Shown one piece after another: positions 49,214 through 59,621 of a stretch of 64,000 nt of DNA. Origin of the DNA: a bacterium (GTDB lineage: Bacteria > SAR324 > JACQKK01); contig OZ251219.1 of assembly GCA_965240465.1 (NCBI GenBank), forward strand, positions 800,001 through 864,000, written 5' to 3'. The notes under the pieces were generated by a model. That model worked only from the letters and a program-made list of their open reading frames with translations. It searched no databases and was not told the DNA's origin. Each line of letters starts with the position of its first letter. The stretch's first letter is position 1. The position numbers and the translations under genes were made by a program.

Positions 49214-50560
49214 ATGGATGCTTTAAACCCCACCGATGTCCAAGACGCTGTTCACCCCGCTACTGAACCGCAGCCAGAAGATCGTACCACCTACAAGGCT
49301 TCTGCTATGGCTTTGATACCAGATCTCTTCTTGAAAAACCTGCAAAGGCTGGAAGAAGAAAATCGCATGCTCAAGCTTCGCCTTCAACAACAGCAAGAAC
49401 TGATGAGCGAAGGCTTTCTCGCCTTCCAGCAAAGTGCAGAAGAACTCCGAATTAAAATAAAAGGCGAAGCCCAAAACTACCTAGCTCATATCTTCGAAAG
49501 CCTACCCGTCGGCGTCATAGTTACCTCACCCCAAGGCCGTATAACTGCCATTAATCAAACTGGATCCGCCCTACTCGGACACAAAACCCCCCAACTATTA
49601 GGAAAATCCGCCCAGAAATTGTTGAAACTCCCCCACTCACCTAAAATGGCTATTACCAAAAACGCCCGCCAACACACCATCACATGGCAAACACCCCTGC
49701 ACGAATCACGAACCATTCATATCTCCATCTCACCACTGCTAGGAAGCGGCAAAACACTGGGCTTCCTTCTCAATATGGAGGATATGACCCTCATTCACAA
49801 ACTTAAAAAAGAAGCTCAAATGCAAGAACGCCTCGCCGCCATGGGACAAGTAGCCGCACATATCTCCCACGAAATCAGAAACCCCCTCGGTAGCATCGGG
49901 CTATTTACTTCTCTTATACAAAAAAATCTGCCCCCAGATGATAACAATCAACAACTGCTTACTCATATCTCCCGCGGCGTATCCAGCATGAATCACATCC
50001 TTACCGATTTGTTGCAATACACTTCTCCTAAAAAAATAACACTCCTAAAAAATGATCTTAACCCCTTGCTCACCGAAATCATTGACTTCAATCGCTACCT
50101 AGCTACCGAAAATCACCTCCTTATCAAAACCAACCTTGATAAAAAACCACAACTCATCAATGCCGATAACCTCCAACTTAAGCAATGCCTGCAAAACTTG
50201 CTCCTTAATGCCATCCAAGCTGCCAAACAACATGCAACCATACAAATATCCTCCCAAACTAAAACCATTACTGAAACCCGCCAACTCCGCACCCTAGGGC
50301 TAAGCCAGCCAGCTTCCGTCTGTGAAATACAAATCATTAATGAAAGCAATAATATCCCTCAGCACGTTATTAAGCAACTCTTTGAGCCATTCTTTACCAC
50401 TAAAACACACGGCACCGGACTCGGACTGACCATCGCACAGCAAATCATCCGCCAACACCAAGGCGATATTTTTGCCCAAAATACCCCCCAAGGAACCTGC
50501 TTTACCATCCGACTACCTCTAATTAAACCCCTAACCCGACGCCGAACGGTACTCAGTTAA
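49214..50560 (+). CDS. PAS-domain histidine kinase, FleS/FlgS-like
   Basis: FESLPVGVIV PAS, ISHEIRNPL H-box, FFTTKTHGTGLGL, no TM segment. Confidence 0.85.
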   Translation: MDALNPTDVQDAVHPATEPQPEDRTTYKASAMALIPDLFLKNLQRLEEENRMLKLRLQQQQELMSEGFLAFQQSAEELRIKIKGEAQNYLAHIFESLPVGVIVTSPQGRITAINQTGSALLGHKTPQLLGKSAQKLLKLPHSPKMAITKNARQHTITWQTPLHESRTIHISISPLLGSGKTLGFLLNMEDMTLIHKLKKEAQMQERLAAMGQVAAHISHEIRNPLGSIGLFTSLIQKNLPPDDNNQQLLTHISRGVSSMNHILTDLLQYTSPKKITLLKNDLNPLLTEIIDFNRYLATENHLLIKTNLDKKPQLINADNLQLKQCLQNLLLNAIQAAKQHATIQISSQTKTITETRQLRTLGLSQPASVCEIQIINESNNIPQHVIKQLFEPFFTTKTHGTGLGLTIAQQIIRQHQGDIFAQNTPQGTCFTIRLPLIKPLTRRRTVLS

Positions 50561-50647
50561 ACCATGCCTACCCATTCCAAAACTATTCTTGATTGACCGT
50601 TTTTTAATCAACCCCCCCCACCCCCCCCCCAAGAAAGGAAATTAATC

Positions 50648-52081
50648 ATGGAACCGATACTGATTGTTGATGACGAGGTAGAAATGCGTATTGCCATGTC
50701 AGAGACCCTGAAACACTCGGGGTACGAGGTAGAGCTAGCCCACACTGCTGCTGATGCTTGGAAAAAGCTCTCCCAAAAACCCTACTCGCTGGTAATTACT
50801 GACATGACCATGCCCAAAAAGAGCGGGTTAGAACTGCTGAAAGATATTAAAAAAGCTCAGCTGTCAATGCCCGTGATAATGGTAACTGCCTACGGCACCA
50901 TTGATACTGCCGTCAAGGCCATGAAAGAAGGTGCCTTTGATTACATCTTAAAACCTTTTAAGTTTGAGGTGTTCACCTTTGTGGTGGAAAGAGCCTTGTG
51001 CATCACTAAGAGCACTGCCAAATATAATTCTACCAGCCTGCAAAGCAAAGGTGAACCTCCCCTTGCCCTTAAAACAGATGATGCTGGCAAATCTAAGCAG
51101 GATTTTATCACCGCAGATGATGCCACCCAGAAATTGATGGACATGGCTAAGAACATCGCCAAGAGCAATGCCACAGTGCTGATTGAAAGCGAAAGCGGTA
51201 CGGGCAAGGAAATGCTAGCTAGTTTTATTCATCAACATTCGCCGCGGGCTGAAGGTCCTTTTGTGGCTGTCAATTGTGCTGCCCTGCCTGAGTCATTATT
51301 AGAGAGCGAGTTATTTGGTCACAAAAAAGGTGCCTTCACTGGGGCGATCCAAGATCACAAAGGAAAGTTTGAGCAAGCCCACAAAGGTACAATCCTGTTG
51401 GATGAGATCAGCGAGATGGCTCCCGCACTGCAAGCCAAGCTGCTGCGAGTGCTCCAAGAACATGAAATAGATAAAGTCGGTGGCAAAGAACCCCTAGCGA
51501 TAGACGTTCGTGTTATAGCCACTACCAATCGCGATTTATTTGCCTGCGTGGAAGCAGGAGAATTCCGCGAGGATTTATTCTACCGCGTCAATGTAATCCC
51601 CCTCTCTCTTCCTCCCTTGCGAGAGCGTAAGGGTGATATTCCCCTCCTAGCCGAGTACTTTGTACTCCGTCACGCGGCTAAGAATGCTTGCCAAGCCGTA
51701 GAAATATCCCCCGCCGCAATGGAAGTCCTATACCACTACAACTGGCGCGGAAATGTGCGTGAACTAGAAAATATCATGGAACGTGCTCTGCTGATGGTTG
51801 ACTCAGGAAACATAGAGCCAGCTCACCTTATGATGAATGCTGCCTCCATCAAGAAAAAAGCCCTCCTAGCACAAATAGGAATAACCATCGGCATGTCCAT
51901 GCAAGAAGCAGAACGACGCTTGATTATCGGCACCCTCAAAGCCACCCATGGCGAGGTCGCCAAAGCTGCAAAAATCCTAGAACTGCCGCTGAATACCTTG
52001 CAAGACAAAATAGATACCTACCAAAAAAAACTTCTCCTTCCTGAAGAACTGTTGGTGTCCTTATCTGCTAAAGCTAGCTAG
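50648..52081 (+). CDS. Sigma54-dependent response regulator, FleR/FlgR-like
   Basis: REC domain, ESGTGKE, GAFTGA, WRGNVREL, C-terminal HTH. Confidence 0.88.
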   Translation: MEPILIVDDEVEMRIAMSETLKHSGYEVELAHTAADAWKKLSQKPYSLVITDMTMPKKSGLELLKDIKKAQLSMPVIMVTAYGTIDTAVKAMKEGAFDYILKPFKFEVFTFVVERALCITKSTAKYNSTSLQSKGEPPLALKTDDAGKSKQDFITADDATQKLMDMAKNIAKSNATVLIESESGTGKEMLASFIHQHSPRAEGPFVAVNCAALPESLLESELFGHKKGAFTGAIQDHKGKFEQAHKGTILLDEISEMAPALQAKLLRVLQEHEIDKVGGKEPLAIDVRVIATTNRDLFACVEAGEFREDLFYRVNVIPLSLPPLRERKGDIPLLAEYFVLRHAAKNACQAVEISPAAMEVLYHYNWRGNVRELENIMERALLMVDSGNIEPAHLMMNAASIKKKALLAQIGITIGMSMQEAERRLIIGTLKATHGEVAKAAKILELPLNTLQDKIDTYQKKLLLPEELLVSLSAKAS

Positions 52082-52231
52082 GGAATAATCCTCATTCATA
52101 GCAGTAATACTCATTCTTCGGGTATGTTTATAATCTCAAGATTTTAGGGTACGCTGAGGTGGGCTAGGTTTTTAGCCTTAGGGCAATGTTTTTGGCCTTA
52201 AGACAATGTTTTCATCGGATAAGGAAAAATC

Positions 52232-53218
52232 ATGAAAAATCCTGTGCAAGTTGCCATAAGCGGGGCTGCTGGTCAATTGGCATATGCATTGCTGTTTCGC
52301 TTGGCTAATGGGGACGTGTTCGGTGCTGATCAGCCAGTGGAATTGCGTTTATTGGAAGTCTCGGCTGCGATGGGAACTTTGGAAGGGGTGGCTTTGGAAC
52401 TGGAAGATTGTGCTTTACCGCTATTGAGCGGTCTGCATCTTTCTGACCAGCCTGAGCAAACATTTGAGGGTGCCAATTGGTGCTTGCTAGTGGGTAGCAA
52501 ACCGCGGGGTGCGGGGGAGACTCGGGCTGATTTATTGTCTGATAATGGGAGCATTTTTGTATCTCATGGTCGGGCATTGGGTAGAGCTGCTAAGGATGTG
52601 CAAATCTTGGTGGTAGGCAATCCCGCTAATACCAATTGCTTAATTGCCTTGAGCAATGCGGTAGATGTTCCCAAAGAACGCTTTCAAGCGATGACAAGAC
52701 TAGATCATAATCGGGCGGTAACACAGCTGGCTAATAAGGCGGGGGTCGCGGTGGAAGAGGTCAGTGGTATGACCATTTGGGGTAATCACAGTGCCACCCA
52801 ATTTCCCGATTTTTATCATGCTCGCATCCGTGGTAAGCCTGCAATAGAGGTGATTGATGAGCTGGAGTGGTTAAAAAATGATTTTATTCAGTCTGTCCAG
52901 CAGCGAGGGGCTGAGATTATTAAGGCTCGGGGGTTATCTTCGGCGGCTTCGGCAGCCAATGCGGTGATAGATCATGTGCGTTCTATGATAAGTGCTACTG
53001 CAGAGGGCGAATGGTTTTCCAGTGCTGTTTATTCCTCGGGGCAATATGATTGTCCTGAGGGTTTAGTGAGTTCATTTCCCATTGCTGCCGATGGGAAAGG
53101 TGCTTGGAAGATTATTGAGGGATTGGAACATCCTCAGTTTGCCCGCGATAAAATAGTGCTGAGTTTTCGAGAGTTGCAAAGCGAGCGGGATTTAGTGCAA
53201 GAGTTGATTCCCGTCTGA
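52232..53218 (+). CDS. mdh: Malate dehydrogenase
   Basis: SGAAGQL, VVGNPANTN, MTRLDHNRA, WGNHSATQFPD, RGLSSAASAA. Confidence 0.96.
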   Translation: MKNPVQVAISGAAGQLAYALLFRLANGDVFGADQPVELRLLEVSAAMGTLEGVALELEDCALPLLSGLHLSDQPEQTFEGANWCLLVGSKPRGAGETRADLLSDNGSIFVSHGRALGRAAKDVQILVVGNPANTNCLIALSNAVDVPKERFQAMTRLDHNRAVTQLANKAGVAVEEVSGMTIWGNHSATQFPDFYHARIRGKPAIEVIDELEWLKNDFIQSVQQRGAEIIKARGLSSAASAANAVIDHVRSMISATAEGEWFSSAVYSSGQYDCPEGLVSSFPIAADGKGAWKIIEGLEHPQFARDKIVLSFRELQSERDLVQELIPV

Positions 53219-53262
53219 GCGGGGCTATTGGAGAAATATATCAAGGGGAGAGAGGATGTGGT

Positions 53263-54219
53263 TTGTTGTCTGAGTTATTGTTATTCAGCCCTGCCAAGGT
53301 GAATTTATGTTGGCAGGTAGGAGGTCGTACTGATGAGGGTTGGCATGAGGTTCGTGGGGTAATAGCGGCGGTTTCTTGGTATGATCGTTTGCGTATTAGG
53401 AGGACTCAGTTAGCAGGGATTCGGTTAAGGGTGAAGAAGGGGAAGTATGCTGAGGGTTTGGGTCCTCTTCGGGACAATTTAGTTTTGCGAGCAGCGCGGT
53501 CATTTGAGAGTGATTGGCTTAGGCGTCCCTTATCGGTAGAGATTGACTTAGAGAAGCGGATTCCCTTACAGGCGGGTTTAGGGGGAGGTAGTAGCAATGC
53601 GGCTTCGGTGTTGGTGGGCTTGCAACGTTTGTATGGAGATTGTGAGCATAAAAGAGGTGGTTATGGCTGTGGTGTTTGTGCGTGTTGTTCCCGCGAGCGA
53701 GATTCATTGACGGGGATTGCAGCTGAATTGGGAGCTGATGTGGTGTTTTTTTTACGTGCTCGTCCTAGTTGGGTAAGCGATCGTGGTCAGATGGTGCGAC
53801 CGTTAACCAATCCACTCCCGTGCTTGTGGTTGTTGATTGTCAAACTTCAGTTGGATATTAGCACTGCTTGGGCTTATCAGCAGTTGGGGCGACCACAAAC
53901 TTCTGCTTGGCGATGGAACAAGTCCCACCCGATGGAAAGTCCTTATCAGGTGGCAGCCCAAATGAAGAATGATTTTACTAGCCTGTTGTTGCAGCACTAC
54001 CCTGCTTTGCAAGAAGGACATACTCAGTTGCTAGCTACGGGAGCTCTGCAAGCCATGATAAGTGGTTCGGGTTCGGCAGTGTTTGGAATCTTTCCCGACT
54101 CCCAAACCTGCCAAATAGCTTGGAATAAGCTGGCTAGAACTCATCCTCAATGGACGGTACATGGATGCCACACATTACCTTTCCATGTGCATGGTTCTAA
54201 GCACCATACCATCGCCTAG
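53263..54219 (+). CDS. ispE: CDP-ME kinase
   Basis: SPAKVNL, KRIPLQAGLGGGSSNAA, LGADVVFF, SGSGSAVFG. Confidence 0.92.
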   Translation: MLSELLLFSPAKVNLCWQVGGRTDEGWHEVRGVIAAVSWYDRLRIRRTQLAGIRLRVKKGKYAEGLGPLRDNLVLRAARSFESDWLRRPLSVEIDLEKRIPLQAGLGGGSSNAASVLVGLQRLYGDCEHKRGGYGCGVCACCSRERDSLTGIAAELGADVVFFLRARPSWVSDRGQMVRPLTNPLPCLWLLIVKLQLDISTAWAYQQLGRPQTSAWRWNKSHPMESPYQVAAQMKNDFTSLLLQHYPALQEGHTQLLATGALQAMISGSGSAVFGIFPDSQTCQIAWNKLARTHPQWTVHGCHTLPFHVHGSKHHTIA

Positions 54220-54254
54220 CACTTATATCCTTTTAGCTCGCCCATAATTTATGG

Positions 54255-55793
54255 CTACAAGGTACCTCGTCTTAAAAACAAAATACACAAGGTTACCACC
54301 TCCAACTTACCTATTAGCATCGCTGTGATTGCAACCGTTATTCCTGTACTAGAAAAACTCTCCCAACCAGCCAATACCGTTAACCCCTTGGCTCCTTCGG
54401 CTGTTGTAAAGGCTGGACCCACATTGTTCAGGACACTCAAAATAGATGCCAAAGCTCCTAAGGCAGAATGACCATCCAGGGTCAGCAACAAGGATAACAC
54501 CAACCAGCAACTTAAATGCAGTAACAAAAAAGCTAACACTCCTCCTAAATCACTCCAACTATCATCGCCTGATAAATCTGTACTATGTCCCCACACCCCC
54601 GCAGGATGAAGTATCTGTAACATCCCTCTTTTAAGGTTATGACCCATCAATATAACCCGCTGCCAACGCACCCCACTACCTCCGCTAGCCGTACAAGCTC
54701 CCACCCACATCAGCAACAACGATAATGCCTGCATAAACGAACTGCCCGGTAAACCCCAACCATGTGAATACCCAGTCGTGCTTAACATGGATGCCGCATG
54801 AAAAAATCCCTCCCGAATGCCCTGCTCCAAGGAAACCCCAAACTTGCTCCATGACCACATCAAAAATACCGCCCCCAACACTACTAATACCACATACCAA
54901 AACCACTCCCGACGCATCCCAATACTAACTGCCCACCATCTCCTCCAACATACCAACCCCAGTAAAATAAAATTCATGCCTCCCAAACACATCCCCAAAC
55001 TTAACAGCCACATCCCCTCGGTACCCAAATCAGCAGGCAGTCTTCCTAATAAACCACCTGTGGACAAGGTACCCATCGCATATACCCCAGCTTCCCAAAC
55101 AGATAATCCCGTCCCCTTTAATAACAATGCCAAACACAGCGTCCCTCCCACATACACAGGAAGAACCCACCGCAATACCTGATTAAACTGCCAACCTAAA
55201 CCAAAATTGCTCCCTCCTTGAACTCCAAAACCCGGCAAAGGTAATAAACCTTGTATCAATAAAATAGTCCCCATCCCTCCCAACCACTGAGAAGAACCCC
55301 GCCACCAAATCAGCATCTCCGATAACTCCTCATCAGCTGAAAATAAACTAGCCGCAGTACCCGTAAAACCAGCTACCGACTCAAATAAAGCCCCACCCAA
55401 CCCCACCCCAGGCAAAACCAACCAATATGGAATACTTCCCAGCACAACCGCTACCCCAAAACAATAACTCGCCATCAAAAAAGGATTGCCCGATAACCAA
55501 CCCATCCCAACAACCGAAAACCAACGACCAGCTACCAAAAACCTTAGACCCAAACCTCCCGCCAACCATAAAAAACCCAATACCAACAACTTGCTCCAAG
55601 CCCGATCGCCTAACACTCGCCCCCAAATCGCGGTGCCGAGCAACATAATACCCAGCAATAACAACAATACCCCTGTTGTTCTAGCGGCTTCACTGCCAGA
55701 TATAACCCTGCTCCATCTATATTGTGTGAGGTTATATCTTAGAGAACCTATTTTTTTACTTATTATAGTAAGAATAAGCATTATTACATCCAT
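54255..55793 (-). CDS. Divergent TrkH-family cation transporter
   Basis: FESVAGFTGTA, QWLGGMG, LSTGG, STTGYS, NNVGP, IGKLE. Start uncertain. Confidence 0.8.
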   Translation of the reverse strand: MDVIMLILTIISKKIGSLRYNLTQYRWSRVISGSEAARTTGVLLLLLGIMLLGTAIWGRVLGDRAWSKLLVLGFLWLAGGLGLRFLVAGRWFSVVGMGWLSGNPFLMASYCFGVAVVLGSIPYWLVLPGVGLGGALFESVAGFTGTAASLFSADEELSEMLIWWRGSSQWLGGMGTILLIQGLLPLPGFGVQGGSNFGLGWQFNQVLRWVLPVYVGGTLCLALLLKGTGLSVWEAGVYAMGTLSTGGLLGRLPADLGTEGMWLLSLGMCLGGMNFILLGLVCWRRWWAVSIGMRREWFWYVVLVVLGAVFLMWSWSKFGVSLEQGIREGFFHAASMLSTTGYSHGWGLPGSSFMQALSLLLMWVGACTASGGSGVRWQRVILMGHNLKRGMLQILHPAGVWGHSTDLSGDDSWSDLGGVLAFLLLHLSCWLVLSLLLTLDGHSALGALASILSVLNNVGPAFTTAEGAKGLTVLAGWESFSSTGITVAITAMLIGKLEVVTLCILFLRRGTL

Positions 55794-56273
55794 ATTTTAC
55801 TTAAAAAAATACCATATTACTATCAATATTATTTACAATTTCCTTACAATCCTTTTATCAATAAACTTTACAATAAAGACATCAACGTGTAGAACAGAAC
55901 TAATAGCAGTTAAACACTCGTTGTAGAAGTAAATGTCTTTAATAAATGTGCTACACCTGAAGAGTCGCATAAAATAAGGTGCTTAAAAAAAAACAGGTGT
56001 TTAATCAAAGGAAAACAAGACATGTAATTCATGGTTCTGCCGTTATTTTGAGAAAATACGTTGATATTAACGGAGATGATTTTACTGAAAACTGATCATT
56101 TCAAATATTTTTTATTTTCAATAGCACGCAGTTTAGTCAATACATAATAAATAAAGTTGTGAGAAATAAATTAAAAAATGAGTCATATGTTTCTATTATG
56201 CTTTAATGCATAAAAACAATTCATACAAGTGACTATAACTGGCAAGTGCCATTTATTAGCATAGGAGAAAGTC

Positions 56274-56831
56274 ATGCAAAAGTTCCAAGATATTATTGAA
56301 AGAGTCGAACATGTTCGCATTCAATTGGGAAAGAACAAAAGTAAGTTTGCGGCTGAAATTGACATGAAGCCACAGACCTACAATAACTTTATTGGATCAC
56401 AGGCTAGCAAGCCCAATGTGGAGCTAATCTACGGAGTGGTCAATTCTTACGATGTGCATCCTCTCTGGATGCTCACCGGCAAGGGCCCCATATTTCAATC
56501 GTCCAAGCACGCTTCCAGCTTAGAAAACAAGAAACGTTTTGAGCTTCGCAGTGCTTTTCAATGGGATAATGGAGTCCAAGAAGACGACGTTTCTTCTCCC
56601 ATCAGCGAAGAAGAAATTCTAAAAGAAAGTCTGGATGATATAAACCCGCTTATGGAAGATCTAGATGCCCAAATACAGCAGCTAGAACGCTCTCAAATGC
56701 CAACCATGGAACGCATGGTCTATCTGTTGCAACGATACTTCAGAGTGCAGCCCCTGTTGGTATGCGAAGAAATGAAAAAAATGCTGGTGAACCTGCAAAA
56801 GCAACTCACTAAGCAAGAAAACTCTTCCTAG
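56274..56831 (+). CDS. XRE/Cro-C1-like HTH transcriptional regulator
   Basis: VRIQLGKNKSKFAAEI...WMLTGKG HTH pattern, AGGAGA RBS. Confidence 0.72.
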   Translation: MQKFQDIIERVEHVRIQLGKNKSKFAAEIDMKPQTYNNFIGSQASKPNVELIYGVVNSYDVHPLWMLTGKGPIFQSSKHASSLENKKRFELRSAFQWDNGVQEDDVSSPISEEEILKESLDDINPLMEDLDAQIQQLERSQMPTMERMVYLLQRYFRVQPLLVCEEMKKMLVNLQKQLTKQENSS

Positions 56832-56846
56832 TAATCCACCCACAAC

Positions 56847-56955
56847 CCAGGAGGGAAAAAACCAGGAGGGAAAACCAGGAGGGAAACCCAGGAGGGGAAA
56901 AACCAGGAGGGGAAACCAGGAGGGGAAAAACCAGGAGAGGAAAAACCAGGAGGGA
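56847..56955. repeat. Tandem array x8 of CCAGGAGGG(G)A(n) with variable run lengths
   Basis: Begins 15 bp after the regulator stop. Confidence 0.9.
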
Positions 56956-57114
56956 GCTTAGCTCCCTCCGACCCTCTATCCCATCTCATATCCCTACGGG
57001 GACAACACAAGCGACCTGTACCCTCCCCGAGACATAATAACTACCCGAAAATCTCCCCCCCCTCCCCCCGTAAAAAAACCCTAGCACTCCAAAGCTCCGC
57101 CCCCTCTGTCATCC

Positions 57115-57390
57115 CTAGCCCGCCCTTATCTCTCGCCCCCGCCCTGTATCTCTGCCCTGTATCTCTTAGCCCGCCCTTATCTCTCTCGCCCCCGCCCTGT
57201 ATCTCTGCCCTGTATCTCTTAGCCCGCCCTTATCTCTCTCGCCCCCGCCCTGTATCTCTGCCCTGTATCTCTTAGCCCGCCCTTATCTCTCTCGCCCCCG
57301 CCCTGTATCTCTTAGCCCGCCCCCTTATCTCTCTCCCTCCTGCCTGTATCTCTGCCCCGCCCTATCTACCCGCCCCTGCCCTATCTCTTG
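57115..57390. repeat. Pyrimidine-rich composite array (about 53-bp unit built from GCCCTGTATCTCT-like subunits)
   Basis: About 4-5 units immediately downstream of the antiporter stop. Confidence 0.9.
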
Positions 57391-57391
57391 C

Positions 57392-58540
57392 TTAGCTGAA
57401 AAAGCGATTGATTTCAATCACCCCAAGGGTGTCAAGCACTTGGCTAACGAAGTACAAGCCGTAAAGACCCAACAACAACAAACCGCCAACTCGTCCCATA
57501 CGCCAACGGCTGATAATCAGGGAGAAGAGCAAGGCTACCACCGTAAGGAGCAATAAAACAGTAGAGGCAGTAAGGCTCTCATTGCTGATCGGGATGTTCT
57601 CACCACGAACCGCAATGATAAACAACCACACCACTCCCAATCCTACCAAAATGTCAAAGATATTACTGCCTACCGCGTTGCTAATCGCCATATCGGCTCT
57701 GCCCCGACGGGCTACAAATAGCGAGCTCAACAGATCTGGCACAGAAGTACCCACCGCTAAAACAATCAAGGCGATAACCGCTTTGGGGATTCCCAGCGTA
57801 CTAGCCAAAATAACACCGCATTCTACCAATATCCAGCTCAATACGCTGATGCTGACAACCGACATCACGAATAGCCACACCTGATTGCTGTTTTTCTTGC
57901 CGGGCATTATAACCCGAAATATGCCGTCAATTACCCTAGTGACTCCTCTCCAAACTTGTGCGAACAGCGAGCCTCCCTTGGATTCATCCTTTTGTTTATC
58001 TTCTATTATGTCATCCAGTCCTTCTGCTTGATCCTTATAGGGAAATAGCTTACGCCATAGTGGTAGGGCAGCCAGATATACAAAATAAAATACCACGAAT
58101 ATCGCGGCTTCAGAAATTACTATTACACCATCGGCAAAAGCCCACAGTAGCAAACCAATGGAGATCAGATAAAAAGTCAAATCTCGCACCACCGGTTGCC
58201 AACTGACCATGGCACCAGTTACTAATGCAGAAGCCCCAACAATTACCAAAATATTGAATATCGCAGAACCCACAATGGTACCCGCACCTAATTCACCTAA
58301 CTCCACCGCTTTAGAAAGAGCAATCAAGGAAGTAAAAAACTCGGGCGCACTGGAACCCATAGCCATCAGAGTCGCCCCCGCCATATCCGAGGTAAGCTTA
58401 AGACGCCCAGAAAGATATTCCAGACTGTGAATGAAGTACTCATCGGTTACATGTGCCAAAGCATAAAACACCAAAACCAGCCCCACAGAAGCACCTAGAA
58501 CAATTAAAATATCCACAAAACTTTCTCCATTGAGAACCAT
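57392..58540 (-). CDS. Calcium/sodium antiporter (CaCA, YrbG/NCKX-like)
   Basis: GATLMAMGSSAPE, IVGSAIFN, AVGTSVPD, AVGSNIFD alpha repeats. Confidence 0.92.
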   Translation of the reverse strand: MVLNGESFVDILIVLGASVGLVLVFYALAHVTDEYFIHSLEYLSGRLKLTSDMAGATLMAMGSSAPEFFTSLIALSKAVELGELGAGTIVGSAIFNILVIVGASALVTGAMVSWQPVVRDLTFYLISIGLLLWAFADGVIVISEAAIFVVFYFVYLAALPLWRKLFPYKDQAEGLDDIIEDKQKDESKGGSLFAQVWRGVTRVIDGIFRVIMPGKKNSNQVWLFVMSVVSISVLSWILVECGVILASTLGIPKAVIALIVLAVGTSVPDLLSSLFVARRGRADMAISNAVGSNIFDILVGLGVVWLFIIAVRGENIPISNESLTASTVLLLLTVVALLFSLIISRWRMGRVGGLLLLGLYGLYFVSQVLDTLGVIEINRFFS

Positions 58541-58735
58541 TCAGTAACGGCCAAAAATAAATACCAAGTATCAAAAGCCTGCCAAATCCTGCCAAATCCT
58601 GCTATCAATGATGATAGTACTGATGCCGATAAGCAATACCAAAAAAGCACTGATAATGTCTAGACCAGATTGATAAAAATATAACCAAAACAGTTGCTAA
58701 ACCCTCACAAATGCGACACATAACCTATAAGCCAA

Positions 58736-59596
58736 ATGTATATGAACCAAGCCAACCCTAAGGCACAAAGTCATGCAGAAAGTCATGCAGAAAGCCATAC
58801 AGAAAGTCATGCAGAAAGTCCCCTTAGCCATAAGCATTTATCTGATGAGAGCATAAGCTACTTGTCTCTGAATCAGGTGCAACCCTGGCTGAATAAAGAA
58901 ATACCCTGTCTGAACTGTGGATTTGGAATCGCAGAACCTTGGCAAACAGATAGGCAACTAGCCATTAAATTATCCCAGAATTTGAAATTAGATAATCCAA
59001 GGGCATCGGTACAGCTTTTTAATCAGGTGCATGGAAATCGCTACTGGAAGGCAATCTCTACCAAAGAACAGCTCTATGATGCCCGAGGGAATTCTTGCCT
59101 TCAATATGATGGTGCCGAGGGTAAGCTAGATGTACTTCTGGTAATAAAAACTGCCGATTGTGTACCTATCCTGCTGGTAGATGGTCAAACAGGTCGCTAT
59201 GCGGTCTTGCATGCGGGCTGGCGAGGGATAGCTAGTGGAATTCTTATTCGCATCCTCCAAAACTGGCAGGTCTCAGGAGGATTAAAACAGGTACGACTAG
59301 TACTAGGGCCACATATCTGTACCAGCTGCTTTCAAGTAAAAACCGATTGTCTTCAGCAATTTTCGTCTCAATGGTTGTCGGGAGCGGTTCTAGAAAAGGC
59401 AAATCATTACTGGCTGAACTTGACTGCGGTCTTGATAACACAGGCTCTTTGGTGCGGATTGCAGACTCATCAACTAGGACTGGTTCCCCACTGCACCACT
59501 TGTGAAACCGATGAACAAGGGAAATATCAGTACGCTAGCTATCGGCGTATCGCCCCGCAACCGCGCCAAGTTAATCTATCTTATATTGGTGTTTAG
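58736..59596 (+). CDS. YfiH/PgeF family protein
   Basis: NQVHGN, KTADCVPILL, HAGWRG, GPHICTSCF. N-terminal SHAE x4 from a 12-bp repeat at 58767-58820. Confidence 0.88.
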   Translation: MYMNQANPKAQSHAESHAESHTESHAESPLSHKHLSDESISYLSLNQVQPWLNKEIPCLNCGFGIAEPWQTDRQLAIKLSQNLKLDNPRASVQLFNQVHGNRYWKAISTKEQLYDARGNSCLQYDGAEGKLDVLLVIKTADCVPILLVDGQTGRYAVLHAGWRGIASGILIRILQNWQVSGGLKQVRLVLGPHICTSCFQVKTDCLQQFSSQWLSGAVLEKANHYWLNLTAVLITQALWCGLQTHQLGLVPHCTTCETDEQGKYQYASYRRIAPQPRQVNLSYIGV

Positions 59597-59621
59597 CCAG
59601 CCAGAACAGGCATAGTATTCA

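Noticed and set aside
16382-57390. Intergenic arrays as CRISPR
   Set aside because: Units are contiguous with no unique spacers, and there are no cas genes.
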